Source of the DNA: an uncultured bacterium
GTDB taxonomy: Bacteria > Babelota > Babeliae > Babelales > Babelaceae
NCBI GenBank assembly: GCA_963717435.1
Contig: OY970332.1
Coordinates: forward strand, 800,001 to 864,000
DNA length: 64,000 nucleotides
Reading direction: 5' to 3'
The position numbers and the translations under genes are program-made. Positions 20,075 to 30,694 of the stretch are shown one piece after another. Under the pieces are notes generated by a model. The model saw only the letters and a list, made by a program, of their open reading frames with translations, was not told where the DNA came from and ran no database searches. Each line of letters opens with the position of its first letter. Positions within the stretch are counted from its first letter, which is position 1.

Positions 20075-22351
20075 TTAGTTAACTTCACTTGCGTCAAAGT
20101 CTATATTCTCTTGCTCTGTTTTATACCCGCAGTCTTTGTTTGGACAAACAAGCATAGCAGTGCCATCTTTTTCTTCTTTTTTAAGTAAATAGGGCGACTT
20201 GCACTCAGGACATTCAACTTCTTCTATTTCACCAGAGATAGAGAACTTACACTTAGGATAATTTGAACAGCCCCAGAATTTTTTGCCTTTCCACGAACGT
20301 TCAATAACATCGCCAGTTCCACAAGAAGGGCACTTGAATTTCGCTTTTTTAACGTAAATATATTTACACTCTGGATAACCCGAGCAAGCTATAAACGGCC
20401 CAAATCTCCCGACAACTTGTCTTAAATTCTTGCCGCAGTTGGGACATGTTTCTTCAAGAAGCTTTGGCTTTTGCGCTTCTATTAAAACAATTTCACCATC
20501 TTCTTTGCGCTCAAAGTTGCTTGTAAAATCACACTCTGGAAATCCTGAACAACCTAAAAATGGTCCCGATTTTCCAAATCTAATTGCAAGTTTATGTTTT
20601 TTGCACTTAGGGCAAGTAATATCTGTTGGTTCAGCAACACGTTTGTTGCCGTCATGCCCTCTAAATGCTGCAAGATCTGTTTCAAATGTTTTATGAAAGT
20701 CTCGTAACAGTTTATCTCTTTCAAGCTCACCTGAAGCGATTTTATCCAGATCCTCTTCCATGGTTGCTGTAAAACCGATATCCATTATTTTTGGTAAATT
20801 TGTTACTAAGCTTTTTGTTACCGCCATGCCAAGTTCTGTTGGCACAAATCTTTTTTTATTATCTAGAGTGGTATACGCACGGGCCTGAATAGTTTTTAAA
20901 ATAGTTGCATAAGTTGATGGACGGCCGATACGCTCTTTTTCCATCTCTTTGACAAGCGACGCTTCTGTATATCTTGGAGGTGGCTGCGTAAAATGCTGCT
21001 TAGGAGTAGTTTTTTCTAAACTTAATTTATCGTTTTCTTTTATATCTTTTGGAATTAAAGAAGCTTTTTCTTCTTGATCCTCTGCATCTTGGTAGATTTT
21101 CAAGAAGCCATCAAATATTAAAGTAGAACCGGTTACTTTAAACACAAATTGACCGCCGGTAATTGTAACCTGTCGCTGAGCATATTCAGCCGGTTTCATT
21201 TGACTTGCAACAAATCTGTTCCAAATTAATGTATAAAGCTTTGCCGTGTCAGGCTCTAAGTGTGAACGTATTTTTTCAGGCGATAAGTTTACGTCTATGG
21301 GTCTTATTGCTTCATGGGCATCTTGAGCTTTGTCTTTTGAATATATATTAGACTTGCCCGGCAAATAGTTGTCGCCATACTCTTTTTTAATAAAAGTTCT
21401 TGATGCTTTTAGCGCAGTATCTGCGATTCTTAAGGAGTCGGTACGCATGTAAGTTATAAGAGCAACAGGCGTTGATGAATCTTCTAACGGCACGCCTTCA
21501 TATAGTTTTTGGGCGATCTGCATAGTTTTTTGAACTGAAAAACCAAGCTGATTATAGGCCGCTTGCTGCATGCTACTTGTCATAAACGGTGCAGCAGGAT
21601 TTTTTAATCTTTTTGAATCTTTTATAGTTTCTATAGAATATTCATGGCCTGAAAGTTTATTAATTACTTCTTGGGCCTGTTTTTCGTTTTTTAAATCTAT
21701 TTTTTTCTTATTTATAGTTGCAAGTTGAGCAGAGATATTATTCTTTCCATCAGAGAATACACCTTCTATGGACCAAGATTCTTCCGGTTTAAAAACTCTT
21801 ATTGCATCTTCTCTATCAACTATAAGTCTTAATGCAACAGACTGAACTCTTCCTGCTGATAGCCCCTTGGCAATTTTTTGCCATAATATAGGAGATACTT
21901 CATAACCCACCCATCTGTCCAACACTCTTCGTGCCTGCTGGGCGTTAACCTTTTTTATGTCTATATTTCCCGGGTGATCTATCGCATCAAGAATCGCTGT
22001 GCTTGTGATTTCGTTAAAAGTTATTCTATGAATCTTGCTTTTGTCTTTAACAACTTTTTGAATCTCATTTGCTACGTGCCACGCTATAATTTCACCCTCA
22101 CGATCTGGATCGGGCGCTAGATAAATTTCATCAGAAGTAGAAGCTTCTTTGCAGATATCAGCTATAACTTTATCTTTGTCATCCAAAGTAACATAATCTA
22201 TATTAATTGAGCCGTTTATTGTTATTCCAAGCTCTTTTTTGGGCAGATCTTTTATGTGCCCGACAGTGGACATGATTTTAAATTGTTTGCCTAAAAACTT
22301 TGATATAGTTTTTATTTTCGCAGGAGATTCGACAATAAGTAATTTTTTCAT
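20075..22351 (-). CDS. topA: DNA topoisomerase I with C-terminal zinc ribbons
   Basis: LIVESPAK, DPDREGE, SAGRVQS, ITYMRTD, AHEAIRP; four CxxC ribbons. Confidence 0.97.
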   Translation of the reverse strand: MKKLLIVESPAKIKTISKFLGKQFKIMSTVGHIKDLPKKELGITINGSINIDYVTLDDKDKVIADICKEASTSDEIYLAPDPDREGEIIAWHVANEIQKVVKDKSKIHRITFNEITSTAILDAIDHPGNIDIKKVNAQQARRVLDRWVGYEVSPILWQKIAKGLSAGRVQSVALRLIVDREDAIRVFKPEESWSIEGVFSDGKNNISAQLATINKKKIDLKNEKQAQEVINKLSGHEYSIETIKDSKRLKNPAAPFMTSSMQQAAYNQLGFSVQKTMQIAQKLYEGVPLEDSSTPVALITYMRTDSLRIADTALKASRTFIKKEYGDNYLPGKSNIYSKDKAQDAHEAIRPIDVNLSPEKIRSHLEPDTAKLYTLIWNRFVASQMKPAEYAQRQVTITGGQFVFKVTGSTLIFDGFLKIYQDAEDQEEKASLIPKDIKENDKLSLEKTTPKQHFTQPPPRYTEASLVKEMEKERIGRPSTYATILKTIQARAYTTLDNKKRFVPTELGMAVTKSLVTNLPKIMDIGFTATMEEDLDKIASGELERDKLLRDFHKTFETDLAAFRGHDGNKRVAEPTDITCPKCKKHKLAIRFGKSGPFLGCSGFPECDFTSNFERKEDGEIVLIEAQKPKLLEETCPNCGKNLRQVVGRFGPFIACSGYPECKYIYVKKAKFKCPSCGTGDVIERSWKGKKFWGCSNYPKCKFSISGEIEEVECPECKSPYLLKKEEKDGTAMLVCPNKDCGYKTEQENIDFDASEVN

Positions 22352-22497
22352 AATTCCACTTTTAAGCTAAATAACCTAACCCATTCAAGATAGATTTTAA
22401 CTAAGTTATTTACAAAAAGTCAAATCTTTGGGAAAAAATATTTTATACTGTATCTGTATATTAAGATAAAAATAATGCAGAGATGTTATTAATATTA

Positions 22498-23121
22498 TTA
22501 ATCTTTTATAGCTTTGCTATAAAATTCTGCTTCTGATCTTGGATTTTGTGCCAGAACGATGGGCTTGCTGATTATTATAGCATGGGGGCCTATGGCCAAT
22601 ATATCGTTTATAGATTCACGTGTTATATTTGTTGAAATAAATATAGGCAGTTTTGTGTTGCCGCGAACCATCTCCCATCTATCAAAAAAGCTAAGTTGAT
22701 CCTCTTCGTCTGATGGCTTATGAAATAGTACCGCATCGACGCCCAAACTTTGTGCCTCAAGTGCAGATTGTCCCAATGAGCTTGAGTCTAGAAGATCCAA
22801 TATTATTTTTTTGCCTAGAATATGCGCTTGGGTGCATGCAACATGAATTACATTTTTTCCGGCTCCTGCCATCACTGTTATCCAGTCGGCTCCTGCGGAC
22901 GCGAATATCGTTACCGCGTCTTTGCCCCTGTCGGCAATTTTTGCGTCGGCAAGTATTGTTTTTTGTGGGAACTCATCCCTAAATCGTTTTATGGCCTGTT
23001 CGCCATATTTGTATATTAATAAAGATCCAATTTCTAATATATCTGCGTAGTCTGCAATTTCTTTGGCGACTGTTATTGCCTGATCAAGATCTGTACAATC
23101 GAAAGCGACTTGTAATTTCAT
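22498..23121 (-). CDS. 3-hexulose-6-phosphate synthase-like protein (OMPDC/HUMPS family)
   Basis: MKLQVAFD, LEIG, DAKIAD (DxKxxD), AGADWITV. Confidence 0.82.
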   Translation of the reverse strand: MKLQVAFDCTDLDQAITVAKEIADYADILEIGSLLIYKYGEQAIKRFRDEFPQKTILADAKIADRGKDAVTIFASAGADWITVMAGAGKNVIHVACTQAHILGKKIILDLLDSSSLGQSALEAQSLGVDAVLFHKPSDEEDQLSFFDRWEMVRGNTKLPIFISTNITRESINDILAIGPHAIIISKPIVLAQNPRSEAEFYSKAIKD

Positions 23122-23148
23122 AGTTCTATGTTCCTTAAATATTTCAGG

Positions 23149-23871
23149 TTAAATAACTATTTCTTGATAGCCCTGCGCATCAAATTTATACTCAGATTTA
23201 ATTGGTGAAAAGTACCTTTTTACTTTAAAGAATTTTACGGCATTTAAGGCTGTTGATATCCCTTGTTTTGCATAGATATCTGGTAGCTCCAAGTTTGGAT
23301 CGTCATTGGATTCAAAGTGGCCGGTTGGTATATATATATAACTTGGTTTTGAAGAAATTAATAGTATGTCAGCGGGTAAATTTGGACCAGTTATGTTTTT
23401 TTCTGATACGTTCCAAAAATATTTTTTAGTTCTTTTATCAAATACTTTGTCGAATTTATACCACCTTGCGTCTTCTGGTTTTGATAGTGCAAAATGGTGA
23501 ATAGTGTTTGAGGTCATAAAAACCGGCTTAATATTTTGGGAAACAACAATATTAACTGTATTAGATTTTGTTTTTCTTAAAAATTTTATTTGGCCGTTAA
23601 TATCAGAAATAGAAAAATTACCCATATAAGAAACAAATATGCCGGTATTATATAGCTCTTTAAACATGTTCTTTGTTATCGAGTGAGTAGTTTTTCCCGG
23701 GATCTTAAGTTTTTTTGATACTTTTTCTCCAGATTTAAGATCTTGTCCAAAATATGGCCTTATAAAAAAAGTTAAAAGTTGGTTATTAGCTTGTTGTGGA
23801 AAACTTATTTTTATATTTAGTAAACTAATTATCGTTACCTTAATTGCAACCAAAATAATCTTTTTCTTCAT
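23149..23871 (-). CDS. Hypothetical exported protein
   Basis: Long ORF; MKKKIILVAI signal-like N-terminus. Confidence 0.7.
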   Translation of the reverse strand: MKKKIILVAIKVTIISLLNIKISFPQQANNQLLTFFIRPYFGQDLKSGEKVSKKLKIPGKTTHSITKNMFKELYNTGIFVSYMGNFSISDINGQIKFLRKTKSNTVNIVVSQNIKPVFMTSNTIHHFALSKPEDARWYKFDKVFDKRTKKYFWNVSEKNITGPNLPADILLISSKPSYIYIPTGHFESNDDPNLELPDIYAKQGISTALNAVKFFKVKRYFSPIKSEYKFDAQGYQEIVI

Positions 23872-23982
23872 ATTTTTTCCTACTGTTTTACACTTATCAA
23901 GACTTAAGCACAAAGCTTAAGTACAAAAACACTGTACCAAACTTAACAAACAAAAGTCTATGCTATGGGTGGGGTTACTAAA

Positions 23983-24630
23983 ATGATAAATAAATCTGAG
24001 ATGAATTCAGCTGAAATTTTAAATGTATGGGCAGAGTTCCAGAAACAATTTGAGCTTTCAGATGACCAACTTTCAAAGTTTCAATTATATTTTGACATGT
24101 TGATTGCCAATAACGAACTTTTTAATATTACAGCAATAACGGGACTGCGCGAGGTTGTAAAAGATCATTTTGCAGATTCGCTATATATATCTAATTTTAT
24201 AGATTTTCAAAATATTAAATCTATTTGTGATGTTGGATCAGGTGGAGGATTCCCGGGAATTCCACTTAAAATCAAATATCCCCATTTAGAAGTTTGCTTG
24301 ATAGAGGTGACTGGAAAAAAGATTGCTTTTTTGCGCAATGTGATACAGAATTTGGGTCTAGATAAAACACAAATTTATACTAACGACTGGAAAACATTCT
24401 TGAGAAAAACCGATTTTAATATAGATCTATTCTGTTCAAGAGCTTCTTTGCAACCTGAAGACTTGGTTAGGGTTTTTAGCCCTGCATTTAACTATAGTAA
24501 TTCTCGTCTTGTATATTGGGCATCTAAGTTATATGTTCCAGGGGAAAAAGTAATAAAATATTTGGAAAAAACTGAAGAATATAAAATAGGTAATAAAGCC
24601 AGAAAATTAGTTTTCTTTAAAAAAGATTAG
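23983..24630 (+). CDS. rsmG: 16S rRNA m7G527 methyltransferase
   Basis: N..FNITAI, HFADSL, DVGSGGGFPGIPLKI, KKIAFL, SRA. Confidence 0.92.
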   Translation: MINKSEMNSAEILNVWAEFQKQFELSDDQLSKFQLYFDMLIANNELFNITAITGLREVVKDHFADSLYISNFIDFQNIKSICDVGSGGGFPGIPLKIKYPHLEVCLIEVTGKKIAFLRNVIQNLGLDKTQIYTNDWKTFLRKTDFNIDLFCSRASLQPEDLVRVFSPAFNYSNSRLVYWASKLYVPGEKVIKYLEKTEEYKIGNKARKLVFFKKD

Positions 24631-24639
24631 AGAGGCAAC

Positions 24640-26040
24640 ATGAAAAAACCTTTATTTTTAAGTTATATTTCGGGAGTTCAGGACCATCTTGAACAAGGTC
24701 AAAGTTATCCAAAAATATTAAAATATTTCGTTCCTGAACTAGTTACCGCAACAGTATTTTTATTCTGTACGTCGATATTTGATAGTTATTTTATAGCCCA
24801 TCTTAAATCTACTTCTTTGACCGCAACGCAGGGGGTCACAACTTCTTTGTTGCATGCGATTATCAAACTGTCTGAGGGGTTATTGGTCGGGGCCGTTGTT
24901 ATTTGCGGTCAGTATAACGGGATTCAAGACTACAAAAAAGTTGGTAAAGCTCTGTCTAACGTTTTTTGGCTAACGGTAATTTTTGGCGCGACTATCGGGA
25001 GCTTTTTATATTTTTGTGCTTATTATATTTATTATTTTTATGGGGTTACTCCAAAAATGATAACCCTGGGCATGCCATTATTAAAACTTAGAGCTATAAG
25101 TATATTCTTGATGTGCATATTTTTCGGGTTTGTAGGTTTTCTGCGTGGAATTAAGAACACTTATGTCCCGATGGTAATCTCTATCGTGGGCGGTATATTC
25201 TTTGTTTTTATAGATTATGCACTTATTTTTGGTTGTTATGGTCTGCCTGAATGCGGAATTTTAGGTTCTGCCATGGCGTCGATAATACAGTATGTTGTTA
25301 TGCTAATTGCTGTGTTTTTGTATATTATTTTTGATAAAGAAAATCGAAAATTTGGAATCGAATTTTTTTCTCGTCCATCACTTAGCATGATGAAAAGTTT
25401 ATTACTTGTAAGCTGGCCCGTGATGATAGATAAAGTTACTTTGTCTCTGGCCCATGTCTGGCTGGGATTCAGACTTGCTCCTATGGGCAAATACGCGCTT
25501 GCAAGTTTTAGTGCCATAAAAGATATTGAGCGAGTTGCAATTCTGCCCGCTTTGGCCTGCGCCCAGGTGATAACATTTTTGGTCAGCAACGACTATAAGA
25601 TTCAAAACTGGGAGAGCATAAAAGTTAATATAAAAAAAGTGATTTTTATAGCAACCATACTGGTCTGCGCAATACTACTGGCAATCTCTTATAACCCAAC
25701 TTATTTTGTAAGATTTTTCGATCATAAGGGGTCGTTTACAGAGTTATCTGTCAAAGTCCTTCCTATAATCAGTGTACTTGTGTTTTTTGATTTGCTACAA
25801 TTGATTCTGTCCGGCTCTTTACGAGGCGCGGCTGACGTTAAATATGTGATGAATGTAAGGCTCGGGGTTTGTATACTATTTTTCATGCCACTTTCTTATT
25901 TTCTTTCAGGTATTAACTGGTCCAGTCCTATAACAAATTTTTTAGCTGTTTATGGGACACTTTATATTTCAAATGCCATAATGTCTTTATTTTATATACA
26001 GAGATTTCGTGGCGGTGGCTGGAAAAAACAGACTGTTTAA
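24640..26040 (+). CDS. MATE family efflux transporter
   Basis: About 12 TM helices; GQYNG, GFLRGIKNT..PM, LIFG..GLP..GI.GSAMAS, LRGAAD. Confidence 0.9.
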   Translation: MKKPLFLSYISGVQDHLEQGQSYPKILKYFVPELVTATVFLFCTSIFDSYFIAHLKSTSLTATQGVTTSLLHAIIKLSEGLLVGAVVICGQYNGIQDYKKVGKALSNVFWLTVIFGATIGSFLYFCAYYIYYFYGVTPKMITLGMPLLKLRAISIFLMCIFFGFVGFLRGIKNTYVPMVISIVGGIFFVFIDYALIFGCYGLPECGILGSAMASIIQYVVMLIAVFLYIIFDKENRKFGIEFFSRPSLSMMKSLLLVSWPVMIDKVTLSLAHVWLGFRLAPMGKYALASFSAIKDIERVAILPALACAQVITFLVSNDYKIQNWESIKVNIKKVIFIATILVCAILLAISYNPTYFVRFFDHKGSFTELSVKVLPIISVLVFFDLLQLILSGSLRGAADVKYVMNVRLGVCILFFMPLSYFLSGINWSSPITNFLAVYGTLYISNAIMSLFYIQRFRGGGWKKQTV

Positions 26041-26068
26041 TTGATATGTTTTTGAAAGAATTAAATCG

Positions 26069-26362
26069 ATGTCATTAATTACAAAAGATGAAATTTTAAA
26101 GCTAGCTAAAATTTCACAAATAGCGATAACTGAACAAGAGATTGAAAAAGTTCAGAACGAGATTGAGCCGATTTTACAATATGCTTCTATTTTAAAAGAT
26201 GTTGCGCAGGGTAAAAAAACTGATGGTTTTGAATTCAAAAACAAAAATGTAACTCGCCCTGATGTTATTGCAAGAACAGATTCTGAGATTATCATCTCAC
26301 GTGCACCACTTGCACAGGATAACTTCTTTGTAGTGCCGGCTATAATAAAACAAAATGAGTAA
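26069..26362 (+). CDS. gatC: Asp/Glu-tRNA amidotransferase subunit C
   Basis: ITKDEILKLAKIS...RPD...AP....FFVVPAI; directly upstream of gatA. Confidence 0.9.
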   Translation: MSLITKDEILKLAKISQIAITEQEIEKVQNEIEPILQYASILKDVAQGKKTDGFEFKNKNVTRPDVIARTDSEIIISRAPLAQDNFFVVPAIIKQNE

Positions 26363-26374
26363 TTTGGGGCGTAT

Positions 26375-27817
26375 ATGAACAACTTAGCATTTAAAAGTAT
26401 AAAAGAGCTTAGAGAAAAATTAGTAAAAAAAGAGATAAGTTCCAAAGAGTTATTGGACCTGTTTATTTCAAGATTTAAAAAATTTGATAAGCAGCTAAAT
26501 TCTGCTATCGAAATATTTCCAACAGATTCGATAAAATTTGAAAACGAAACGGGAGCCCTTTCAGGTATTCCAGGCCTAATAAAAGATAATATTTGCCAGC
26601 AAGATAGAATAACATCTGCAAGTTCAAAAATATTAAGTAATTACAGCGCTTCTTACGACGCAACCGTAACAAAAAGAATTAAGAATTCAGGGGCCGTTTC
26701 TATTGGCCGCGCAAATTGCGATGAGTTTGCAATGGGAAGCTCAAATGAAACTTCTTATTATGGAAAAGTTTATAATCCATGGGATATTTCACGAGCACCC
26801 GGTGGTTCAAGCGGTGGCTCAGCAGCAGCAGTCGCGGCTGGTTTGGTTCCGTGGTCATTTGGATCAGAAACAGGTGGTTCAATAAGATTGCCGGCGATGT
26901 TTTGTGGTATTGTTGGTTCCAAGCCAACTTATGGTCTTGTTTCTCGTTATGGACTACTTGCTTACGGTTCATCACTGGATCAAGTTGGTGTCTTTACAAG
27001 AACTGTTTACGATAACGCTCTGGTTCTTTCTCAAATAGCGGGGCAAGACAAGCAAGATTCAACAACTTTGTCTGTATCTGCGCAGGATTACACAAAAAAT
27101 TTAACTGGTAAAATTAAATCGGGCATGACCATAGCAGTTATCGATAATGCCCTTAATGCTGAGGGTATGGAACCAGAAATAGCACAAATATTGGAATCAG
27201 CTTTAAAAGATTTAGAAAAACTTGGCGCTAAAATTAAAAGAATTAAGCTGCCAACTATGGAATATGGCGCAGCGGTTTATTTTATGATAAGCCGAGCTGA
27301 AGCAGCATCAAATCTATCAAGATTTGACGGTGTAAAATATGGTTATCGCAGCAAGAACGCAGAGACACTTTCGGATATGTATTCAAATACAAGAGAAGAG
27401 GGTTTTGGGGACGTTGTTAAGTTGCGAATATTAATCGGTAACTATGTTCTTTCTGTTGGACACGCCGATGCTTTTTATGAAAGTGCCCGTACTGTTCAGG
27501 CTATGATGCGACAAGAATTTTTGGAGGCATTCAAAGAATGTGATCTTTTGTTTGCACCTGTCGCCCCAATTCCTGCATTTAAATTTGGTGCATTTAAGAA
27601 TAACTTAGCTTTAGACTTAATGGATTACTTTACATGTCCTGCTAATTTGATCGGAATTCCGGCGCTTTCAGTTCCGTGTGGGTTCACAAAAGAGAATCTT
27701 CCTGTTGGGTTCCAGCTTATGGGGCCGCATCTGTCTGAAGATTTAATTTTCCAGACCGCGCACGCTTATGAACTTGTTAACGAATGGTATAATAAGATCC
27801 CGCAAGACTTTGTTTAA
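26375..27817 (+). CDS. gatA: Asp/Glu-tRNA amidotransferase subunit A
   Basis: [46 protein letters not shown]. Confidence 0.96.
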   Translation: MNNLAFKSIKELREKLVKKEISSKELLDLFISRFKKFDKQLNSAIEIFPTDSIKFENETGALSGIPGLIKDNICQQDRITSASSKILSNYSASYDATVTKRIKNSGAVSIGRANCDEFAMGSSNETSYYGKVYNPWDISRAPGGSSGGSAAAVAAGLVPWSFGSETGGSIRLPAMFCGIVGSKPTYGLVSRYGLLAYGSSLDQVGVFTRTVYDNALVLSQIAGQDKQDSTTLSVSAQDYTKNLTGKIKSGMTIAVIDNALNAEGMEPEIAQILESALKDLEKLGAKIKRIKLPTMEYGAAVYFMISRAEAASNLSRFDGVKYGYRSKNAETLSDMYSNTREEGFGDVVKLRILIGNYVLSVGHADAFYESARTVQAMMRQEFLEAFKECDLLFAPVAPIPAFKFGAFKNNLALDLMDYFTCPANLIGIPALSVPCGFTKENLPVGFQLMGPHLSEDLIFQTAHAYELVNEWYNKIPQDFV

Positions 27818-27853
27818 GTTTTATAAAATTAAACTACAGAGTAATTCCCAACA

Positions 27854-27904
27854 GCCGCTCGCCCCGAGTGAAATTCCGTAGGAATTTAGTATCGAGGGGT
27901 CGGC
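27854..27904 (+). repeat. Type A palindromic element downstream of gatA
   Basis: GCCGCTCGCCCCGAGTG-AAATTCCGTAGGAATTT-AGTATCGAGGGGTCGGC. Confidence 0.9.
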
Positions 27905-27939
27905 ATAGCGTGAGATTCGTAATAAATCTAATATAATTA

Positions 27940-27969
27940 ATAAACCCGGAAAGAAAAACCCGGGTTTAT
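27940..27969 (+). terminator. Probable intrinsic terminator of the rsmG-MATE-gatCA unit
   Basis: ATAAACCCGG / CCGGGTTTAT 10-bp stem followed by a T-rich tract. Confidence 0.6.
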
Positions 27970-28068
27970 CTGTTTGAAAATTTAATAAGTCTATTATTGA
28001 TTTCTATTTGAAAAATATAATATCTTGATCTTGAGTAACTGTCGTGTGCAAAAACGTTAGGGGGAGTT

Positions 28069-28899
28069 GTGCAAGACAAGACAAGCTTACTAACAAGATT
28101 TTTTTTGATATTTACTATTTTTTTCTCTGCTCAACCAGAAGGGGACAATCGGGAGAGCAGGTGCAAAAAAATATTTACGCCAAAATATTTCAATAGAGGG
28201 CTTCATACAGTCTTGGATGATGCCTTTGGTGTTGTGGGCAATTTATTTTGTAGGGACACCCTAAAAATAATTACAGGCGCCCTGCCAATCTATCTACTTT
28301 CAAGAATGCAAGACGAGCGGATCCAAAGATCTTTTTTTTACGACAGAAAGCATCACAAGAATTTGTGCGAGCACCACTCTTTCTTTTATCATCTTGCAGA
28401 TGAAGGGGTAGCGATTCCATTTAGTGCTGCTTTAGGCGCATTTTTGTTTTCAAAAAATTGTGATTTGCATACCACTTCACGTGTTTTTTTAATATCACTA
28501 CCAATTACATGGGCGACACGATCAGCTATGAAGGAGATAAAAGTTGATTGCTGCTTGCGACCTTGGAACCAACATTTTAGTAGCAAACACAGGTCTTTCG
28601 GAGGGTTCCCTTCTGGGCATATGCTTGAAATGGCATACATGACAACTCTATATGGAATTAGATTTGGACCAAAATGGGGCGTGCCGCTTGGGCTCTATAG
28701 CGCGTTTATATTTTCTGAATTTTTAGTTTGTAACAGGCACTATTTATCACAACTTGTTGCAGGTACCGCACTTGGCGTTGCATTTGCATATTCTGCTAAC
28801 AAAACTATTGAAAGGGACTTAAAGAAAAACAGCTGGGATTTTGATGTTTCTTGCGATCGCTGCGGCAACCCAAACTTAAAAGTCTGTTATAAGTTTTAA
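28069..28899 (+). CDS. PAP2 family membrane phosphatase
   Basis: K......RP, FPSGH, RH..S motifs. Confidence 0.85.
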   Translation: MQDKTSLLTRFFLIFTIFFSAQPEGDNRESRCKKIFTPKYFNRGLHTVLDDAFGVVGNLFCRDTLKIITGALPIYLLSRMQDERIQRSFFYDRKHHKNLCEHHSFFYHLADEGVAIPFSAALGAFLFSKNCDLHTTSRVFLISLPITWATRSAMKEIKVDCCLRPWNQHFSSKHRSFGGFPSGHMLEMAYMTTLYGIRFGPKWGVPLGLYSAFIFSEFLVCNRHYLSQLVAGTALGVAFAYSANKTIERDLKKNSWDFDVSCDRCGNPNLKVCYKF

Positions 28900-28953
28900 G
28901 CTTGTTTTGTGCTTATCTGACCCAGTTCTAATGCGATACTGCTAATTTGCAGA

Positions 28954-29430
28954 TTAAGTATTGTGCTTTTCTTCAAACATATTGGTCGTAAAGCTGCTCG
29001 TCAAAATACCAACTTTAATTTTAATATTTTTGCTATCGGGTGAAATTTTACAATTTCCGGGAACATATTTGCCATGTTCGCCAGATATACTATCTAATTT
29101 AGTTAGAGAGAATGGTTTCTTTGAAATTGTGCCAGTTAAACTTGAAAAAAATTTGTCTTCTGAATAATTGATAAGATAAACATATATATCAGGAAACTCT
29201 TGGCTATCAGCAACTACGGCAATCGCGTATTTTCCATTTGGGGCCTTCACTATTTCTATGACGTTATTAAGTACTGTTGTTTTTGACCATAATTTAAGTT
29301 CGTTTTGGTCAGTTGAAAATAAAACGTGATCTTCGGTTTTAGATATAATATTTTCAGGATATTCCATAGAGAAAATATTATGCTGCGCAAGATTAAATAT
29401 AACTAAGATTTGTAAAAATAATTTGCTCAT
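28954..29430 (-). CDS. Small secreted protein (tandem paralog B)
   Basis: Signal ending IFS-ME; LKLW...PNGKYAIA...CKIS...IKIK shared with neighbour. Confidence 0.75.
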   Translation of the reverse strand: MSKLFLQILVIFNLAQHNIFSMEYPENIISKTEDHVLFSTDQNELKLWSKTTVLNNVIEIVKAPNGKYAIAVVADSQEFPDIYVYLINYSEDKFFSSLTGTISKKPFSLTKLDSISGEHGKYVPGNCKISPDSKNIKIKVGILTSSFTTNMFEEKHNT

Positions 29431-29438
29431 GTTCTTCC

Positions 29439-29936
29439 CTACTCGATTATGTCTACGCTAAACGTTGTCCTAAAGTATCCAAAAGTCTTTACCTTGATAA
29501 TTCTGCCATTCTCACTTATCTTGCAACTACCCAAATCATACCAACCTATAGTGTATATTAAGTTTGTTGAAAATTCTTCGACATCCAATATACCTGGATG
29601 AAATCGTGAGTGCATTTTACATTTTGCAAAGCTGATAAGATAAAACAATGCTTTGGGATATTTTATATCTTTTTCATCAATAGTTATGGCAATGGCATAT
29701 TTTTTATTTGGTGATTCTATTAATTCTTTAACTTCTCCAATTAAATTTGATACGTGCCATAATTTCAAATTATTGTCGTCATCCAAAAATAAGATATTTT
29801 TGATCCCATTTTTTTCTATTACAATTCTCTTTTCGTTTTTCTTGTCCTCTTCTTGATCTTGAGCAGCATCCATAGAAAAAATGTTTAAGTTTGTAAGATT
29901 TAATAAAAATAATGCTTGTAAAAATAATTTGTTCAT
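29439..29936 (-). CDS. Small secreted protein (tandem paralog A)
   Basis: Signal ending IFS-MD; LKLW...PNKKYAIA...CKIS...IKVK. Confidence 0.75.
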   Translation of the reverse strand: MNKLFLQALFLLNLTNLNIFSMDAAQDQEEDKKNEKRIVIEKNGIKNILFLDDDNNLKLWHVSNLIGEVKELIESPNKKYAIAITIDEKDIKYPKALFYLISFAKCKMHSRFHPGILDVEEFSTNLIYTIGWYDLGSCKISENGRIIKVKTFGYFRTTFSVDIIE

Positions 29937-30067
29937 GATCTTCCCAATTAATTTAATAATTAATAAATAAACATAAAATTAAGATTTTAAGTAATTTTAT
30001 CCTGTGCTATTTTATACATGAATTTTAAATTTATAAACAAAAAAAATGATTAAAATTGGGTGCGCCT

Positions 30068-30574
30068 ATGACAAAACAAGAGCGATTTGACAGAAACTTT
30101 TTACGCGTGGCTTGGACAACTGCGTTGAGCTTGTCAAAAGACCCACTAACGCAAGTTGGCGCGGTGATAGTATCAGAAGATTCACGACAAGTAAGTCTTG
30201 GTTATAACGGATTTTCTGCAGGAGTTGCCGAGCCTGAATCAAGATGGGCGCGGCCAGAAAAATATTCTTGGGTAATTCATGCAGAGATGAACGCTGTCAT
30301 GAACACTCCATTTGATACAAAAGGTTGTACGCTTTATTGCACGCACCAGCCATGTCACAGATGCATAGTTCACTTGGTTAATACCGGAATTAAAAAAATA
30401 GTTTATTATACGCCAAAGTCTGACGAGAGACCTGATATATTTCAAGAGATTTCTATGCTTTTTGATCAAGTTTATTGCATAGATTATGACGAAGTTGTTG
30501 AGAATCTAAAATCTATGTATCAAGTTGATCCTGTTAGATTTGTTGGGAAGATTTCCAGAGAAAAAAATATATAA
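30068..30574 (+). CDS. dCMP deaminase family protein
   Basis: SKDP.TQVGAVIV, GYNG, HAEMNA, PCHRC zinc motif. Confidence 0.92.
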   Translation: MTKQERFDRNFLRVAWTTALSLSKDPLTQVGAVIVSEDSRQVSLGYNGFSAGVAEPESRWARPEKYSWVIHAEMNAVMNTPFDTKGCTLYCTHQPCHRCIVHLVNTGIKKIVYYTPKSDERPDIFQEISMLFDQVYCIDYDEVVENLKSMYQVDPVRFVGKISREKNI

Positions 30575-30579
30575 ACCCA

Positions 30580-30634
30580 CCGCTCGTCCCGAGTGTTTTT
30601 CGTAGCGCAAGCGAAGAAAAACGTATCGAGGGAT
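30580..30634 (+). repeat. Type A palindromic element (left member of inverted doublet)
   Basis: CCGCTCGTCCCGAGTG-TTTTTCGTAGCGCAAGCGAAGAAAAA-CGTATCGAGGGAT. Confidence 0.92.
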
Positions 30635-30694
30635 GGCGGTAAACACTAATATTATATAATAATTTATATATTTTTATAATTGCAAAAAATGCTC

